DNA of 64,000 nucleotides from an uncultured Bacillales bacterium (GTDB lineage Bacteria; Bacillota_I; Bacilli_A; RF39; UBA660): NCBI GenBank assembly GCA_902477075.1, contig CABSFU010000006.1, positions 757 to 64,756 of the forward strand, read 5' to 3'. Shown piece by piece: positions 60,076 to 64,000 of this stretch (position 1 is its first letter; each line of letters starts with the position of its first letter). The notes under the pieces were generated by a model. It saw only the letters and a program-made list of their open reading frames with translations, ran no database searches and was not told where the DNA came from. The position numbers and the translations under genes were made by a program.

Positions 60076-61251
60076 TTACTTGATAATGTAAGGAGAAGAA
60101 CTAGTACCATTTCCAGAAGAAATACTTGCACTTCTCTTTAAATAAAATACTGGATAAATACGATAAGTAATATCTGATGTAGTATTTAATGTATGGTTTG
60201 TAATGATATTATTTTCAATGGTTATCACTTTTCCACTAGAAGAATTATCCATCGTCCAAACAGCATTTTTACCAAAAAGGGTTGCCATATAATTACTATT
60301 TTTACAATTACTGCTTGCAATATTAGCAAGACAAGTAGAATCTAAAGAAGAAACTATATAGTCGCTTACTTGAATCAAACCAACCTTATTAGAAACTGTT
60401 GATGTAGCTTCTACTGATTTCAACACCTCATAACTCATACTTTCGCTTAAATCAATAATTCCATTTTTCCACTTTGTTCCATCTACAATTTTATCTTGCA
60501 TATCTTTTGCATTTCCAGATGTAATAAAGTTGAGTAAATAACTAGATACCGAAGATTCTAAAAAAGCATTAGAGTTATTCGTACTATAAGAACTAGATTC
60601 TGGTGTAATTTTAACTAATTTTATGGTTTTCTCTTTTTTGTTTAAACTTATAATACGATAGCTATCAGCACTTGCACCTAATTTAACATAATTGTTTGGA
60701 TTAGATCCTCTAAAAATATACTCATCATCTATTTCATATAAACCATCTGTTGTACCACCAATAATAGAAATTAAGTTTTCATAGTTTTTTAAAACGGTTT
60801 CATAAGCGGACAAAAGAATATTTTGTTCTTTTTTTTGTAAACCATTTTCATAAGTTATAATAAATCCTTGTAATGAACTATCTTTACTACAATCGGTATT
60901 TTCATAATTATAATGATACTGATTATTTGTTTCATTATAATCAATTTTAACGCAACCATTCATTTCCTCTCCTGTTTTAGGATTGCTGATTTTGTCTATT
61001 TCTAAATAGCCAGAGTATTTTAATGCATCGACTGTTACGTAAGTTGGATTGATATGATTTGCATCTAATAACTCTGTATGGTCCATTGCAAAATTTTTGC
61101 CCACACTTTCAATATCTCTCATTTGTGATTGATATAATTTTTCTTTAGAATCAGCAATTATTTTAACGACATTTGGAAAAACCAACATAGATACTACTGC
61201 TAAAATAACAAGAACTGCTAATAATTCTACCAATGTAAATCCTTTTTTCAT
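60076..61251 (-). CDS. prepilin-type N-terminal cleavage/methylation domain protein, 391 aa
   Basis: MKKGFTLVELLAVLVILAVV. The C-terminal module ..AVWTMDNSS...YRIYPVFYLKR resembles the W-x-T...G-I-R-P-V module of the pseudogenes at 35274 and 63512. Confidence 0.75.
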   Translation of the reverse strand: MKKGFTLVELLAVLVILAVVSMLVFPNVVKIIADSKEKLYQSQMRDIESVGKNFAMDHTELLDANHINPTYVTVDALKYSGYLEIDKISNPKTGEEMNGCVKIDYNETNNQYHYNYENTDCSKDSSLQGFIITYENGLQKKEQNILLSAYETVLKNYENLISIIGGTTDGLYEIDDEYIFRGSNPNNYVKLGASADSYRIISLNKKEKTIKLVKITPESSSYSTNNSNAFLESSVSSYLLNFITSGNAKDMQDKIVDGTKWKNGIIDLSESMSYEVLKSVEATSTVSNKVGLIQVSDYIVSSLDSTCLANIASSNCKNSNYMATLFGKNAVWTMDNSSSGKVITIENNIITNHTLNTTSDITYRIYPVFYLKRSASISSGNGTSSSPYIIK

Positions 61252-61259
61252 ATTTTCAC

Positions 61260-63431
61260 CTAACCTTCCAATGTCCCTGATAAGGTAACATTCATACTTA
61301 AATCACTTGTAATAATCGTTCCTTTTGCTATACTTTGATTTACTGCATATCCATATCCATCTATTTCATAAGGAATGTTTAATAATTTCATTAATGCAAT
61401 TATATCACTTCTGCTCCAGCCAATAATAGATGGCATTTGATAATTGTTAGAATTTGTTAATAATATTATTTTTTCTCCTGTCATAATACTAGTATTTACA
61501 ATAGATTGATTAATAATCTTATCGCCATTTCCTATTACAACGCATTCTATCCCTTTACTGGTAAGATTGGATACAACGTCATTTGTATTTTGACTAACAT
61601 AAGAAGGAATTTCTATCATTTTCAAAGTATTTTCTTCTTGTTGTTCACTAAACATATTTTTATATTTAGCAATACTTTTCATAATATCAGTTACTGCTTT
61701 GTATAGACCTCTACTTTTACCCCATGTTGGTAACTTCATTGCCGCATAAATGATAATTTGTGGATTTTCATATGGATACATCCCAGCATAAGAGAAAATA
61801 TAAGCATTGTCACCTGTTAAATATCCACCAGTTTGAGCGCTATAAATTTCTGATGTTCCGGTTTTTCCTATTACGTCAAATCCTTCTATTTTATAAGGAT
61901 AACCTGTTGTACCAGCATCGGTACCCTGAACCGTAATATACATTAAATCTTTCATCTTATTTGCCGTAGAAGAAGAAATCACATTGCTAACTTTTTCAAT
62001 TTTTCTTTCATATGTTGTCTCACCATTATTATTGTTCACTATTTTACTTACAATATGCGGTTTTAACATATCACCATTATTAGCAATCATTGTTAATGCT
62101 TGTAAATGTTGAATTGGTGTAGTTGTAATTCCTTGTCCAAATCCAGCAGTATACACTTCAATAGGATAAATGAAATTCAATTTTCCAGGTTGCTCTCTAG
62201 AAAGTTCAATTCCCGTTAAAGAACCAAATCCATATTTGGTAAAGCAATCATATAAATCTTGTCTACTTAAACCACGATCAATTAGATTAGCAATACCAAC
62301 ATTACTAGAGTATTCATATCCTTTATCAAAACTAATTGTTCCCCAACCACTACGATTCCAATCATTTATGGTATCGTCGCCTACTTGAAAGTTACCAGAA
62401 GTAAAGGTGGCATTTCCATCGTAGATTCCTTTTTCCATTGCACACATATAAGTATAGGTTTTCATTGTAGAACCAGGCTCAAATGGAAGGGATGTTAAGA
62501 TGTTTTCATAGTTTGTTATATTTCTTACATTTGGATCAAAAGAGGGAGTAGAACTGGTTCCTAAAATATCACCTGTCTTAGCATCCATTACAGAAATGGT
62601 CATCCATTCGGGATTATAAGTATTCTGACTTTCTTTGATAGCAGATTCTATAAATCTTTGTATTTTTTCATCTATTGTTAAGTAAATATCATAACCATTC
62701 TGAGCTTCTATTTCCTTTTCCTGAGTATTAGCTATCTTATAACCATATTTATCTTGTTGATATTCAATATAACCGTCTGTTCCTTTTAATAAATCATTAT
62801 ATTTTGCTTCTATACCAAGTTCTCCTGTAATTTGGTTAATTGTCGTCTCATTTCCGTTGGTATCTGTTTCAGTAATTTCATTTTCTTTAGCATATCCAAT
62901 TACATAAGAAGCAAAATCACCATTTGGATAATATCGTTTTTGACTTTCAATAAAATCAATTCCTGACAAGTTTAAAGCTTTAATTTCATCTTTTTTTAAT
63001 TCTGTAATTCCTCTTCCACCAGGTCCTAATTCTACTTGATATCTATCTTGACTTAGTAAAGAAATCAAAGTATCTACTTCCATATTCAAAACAGGGCTTA
63101 GTGCTTCTGCAGTAGCTTGTATGTCTTTTACATAGTTTTCTTTCGTATAAACAGTACTTTTTGGCAAATAAGCAATAACTGTATAAGAACTAACATTAAG
63201 CGCTAATGCATTATTATTGCTGTCATAAATAGTTCCTCTTTTTGCTGTAATAGTTCTTTTTACAGTATTACGACTAGCGGCAAATTCTGCCATATTTCTT
63301 CCATATATATTTGGTGATAGTGATAAATAGACAAATTGCAAATATAAAATAATAGTGAGTATTATCATACCGATGTAAATATACATTGGTGCTTTCCAAA
63401 TTACTTTTCGGTTATTTTTCAATGTCATCAC
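61260..63431 (-). CDS. class B penicillin-binding protein with two PASTA domains (PBP2B/FtsI-like)
   Basis: TM anchor, SxxK (GSTMK), SxN (SSN), KTG (KTGTS) and two C-terminal PASTA repeats. Confidence 0.88.
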   Translation of the reverse strand: MMTLKNNRKVIWKAPMYIYIGMIILTIILYLQFVYLSLSPNIYGRNMAEFAASRNTVKRTITAKRGTIYDSNNNALALNVSSYTVIAYLPKSTVYTKENYVKDIQATAEALSPVLNMEVDTLISLLSQDRYQVELGPGGRGITELKKDEIKALNLSGIDFIESQKRYYPNGDFASYVIGYAKENEITETDTNGNETTINQITGELGIEAKYNDLLKGTDGYIEYQQDKYGYKIANTQEKEIEAQNGYDIYLTIDEKIQRFIESAIKESQNTYNPEWMTISVMDAKTGDILGTSSTPSFDPNVRNITNYENILTSLPFEPGSTMKTYTYMCAMEKGIYDGNATFTSGNFQVGDDTINDWNRSGWGTISFDKGYEYSSNVGIANLIDRGLSRQDLYDCFTKYGFGSLTGIELSREQPGKLNFIYPIEVYTAGFGQGITTTPIQHLQALTMIANNGDMLKPHIVSKIVNNNNGETTYERKIEKVSNVISSSTANKMKDLMYITVQGTDAGTTGYPYKIEGFDVIGKTGTSEIYSAQTGGYLTGDNAYIFSYAGMYPYENPQIIIYAAMKLPTWGKSRGLYKAVTDIMKSIAKYKNMFSEQQEENTLKMIEIPSYVSQNTNDVVSNLTSKGIECVVIGNGDKIINQSIVNTSIMTGEKIILLTNSNNYQMPSIIGWSRSDIIALMKLLNIPYEIDGYGYAVNQSIAKGTIITSDLSMNVTLSGTLEG

Positions 63432-63511
63432 TACCTTACTATATTCATTATATCAAAGATTAAATAGTAAAAAAAGATTTTTATACAAAGAAAAAGTTCT
63501 TTTTAGAACTT

Positions 63512-63828
63512 TTATTTAGAAATAATAGATTTTGGAATTGTGATTACTGGGCGAATACCACGATGAGCAACATTGACAGATTCTTGACCCAAGCGTCCGT
63601 AGTTTCCTACATTCCATACCCCATTATTAGAGCTTGACATTCCCACTGTTGTGGATGTCTAATAAGCATGTGTACCCCCCCACTTCCTGATTTTCCATAG
63701 TCATTGTAAGTATTTTTATCTTCTATGATATATCCATGATCTGTACTATCTGTTTTACATAAAAACAAGTTATTATATAACCGACTATATTGGCTTCTTA
63801 CAATTTCATTGAACGAATCAACAAACAT
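63512..63828 (-). pseudogene. decayed small gene ending ..AYW(stop)TSTT...GIRPVITIPKSIISK*
   Basis: Track ORF 63607-63828 changes frame at the C7 run at 63675-63681, where one more C restores ..GSGGGTHAY. An in-frame TAG at 63658-63660 sits where the motif Y-W-T-S-T expects TGG. Confidence 0.65.
63519..63561. repeat. 43-nt repeat (copy 2)
   Basis: See copy 1 at 35278-35320. Confidence 0.85.
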
Positions 63829-63834
63829 TTTTTA

Positions 63835-64000
63835 TTATTTGATTAAATTCTTTATTTCTTTTTTATCTAATCCTGTAATTTCGCATATTTGTTCCATCGG
63901 AATATTTTTTTGAATCATTTTTTGAGCGATTTCTAGATTAGCTTGTTCTCTTCCTTTAGTAATTCCTTTATTAATCCCTTTTTCTTCTGCTTTAAATAAC
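63835..64000 (-). CDS. Rpn/YhgA-like putative transposase (PD-(D/E)XK family), C-terminal part only
   Basis: The reverse complement reads ..KAEEKGINKGITKGREQANLEIAQKMIQKNIPMEQICEITGLDKKEIKNLIK*, the characteristic C-terminal tail of Rpn-family proteins. The gene starts beyond the window end. Confidence 0.6.
   Translation of the reverse strand, partial: LFKAEEKGINKGITKGREQANLEIAQKMIQKNIPMEQICEITGLDKKEIKNLIK

Overview
Low-GC Bacillota chromosome segment read with the standard code (TGA acts as a stop). Spore-former markers are present: sigG, a SpoVD-like PBP, ylmC/ymxH and Spo0A C-terminal domains. The conserved backbone is almost all on the minus strand. It includes smpB and rnr, an LCP-ZupT-YidD operon, secE-nusG-rplK-rplA-rplJ-rplL-methyltransferase-rpoB-rpoC, rarA, an ABC-F ATPase, proS and two class B PBPs. 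Three tRNAs are present: Ser-GCT, Cys-GCA and Gly-GCC. The most interesting region is about 16.6-28.8 kb. Three related integrative mobilizable elements (IMEs) sit in tandem at the 3' end of tRNA-Gly. Each is bounded by a (C)GCTCCAT repeat and starts with the same hairpin plus small-ORF module. Only the middle unit keeps a large serine recombinase (in-frame TAA) and a MobV relaxase (A8 frameshift); the outer two are deletion derivatives. Each unit carries a different leftward cargo operon of unknown function: (1) an SF2 helicase with five HA-like repeats, a 2-TM protein and a 302-aa orphan; (2) a 576-aa transglutaminase-like protein plus a 76-aa protein; (3) a 330-aa paralog of that protein plus two small proteins. 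Other oddities: orphan genes wedged into conserved operons (rnr-smpB, nusG-rplK, between the two PBPs), a receiver-less protein with three tandem Spo0A DNA-binding domains, three orphan prepilin-like genes, a CIRCE operator at hsp20, and several decayed genes. Functions come from motif recognition by eye, no database search was possible, and start codons are approximate.
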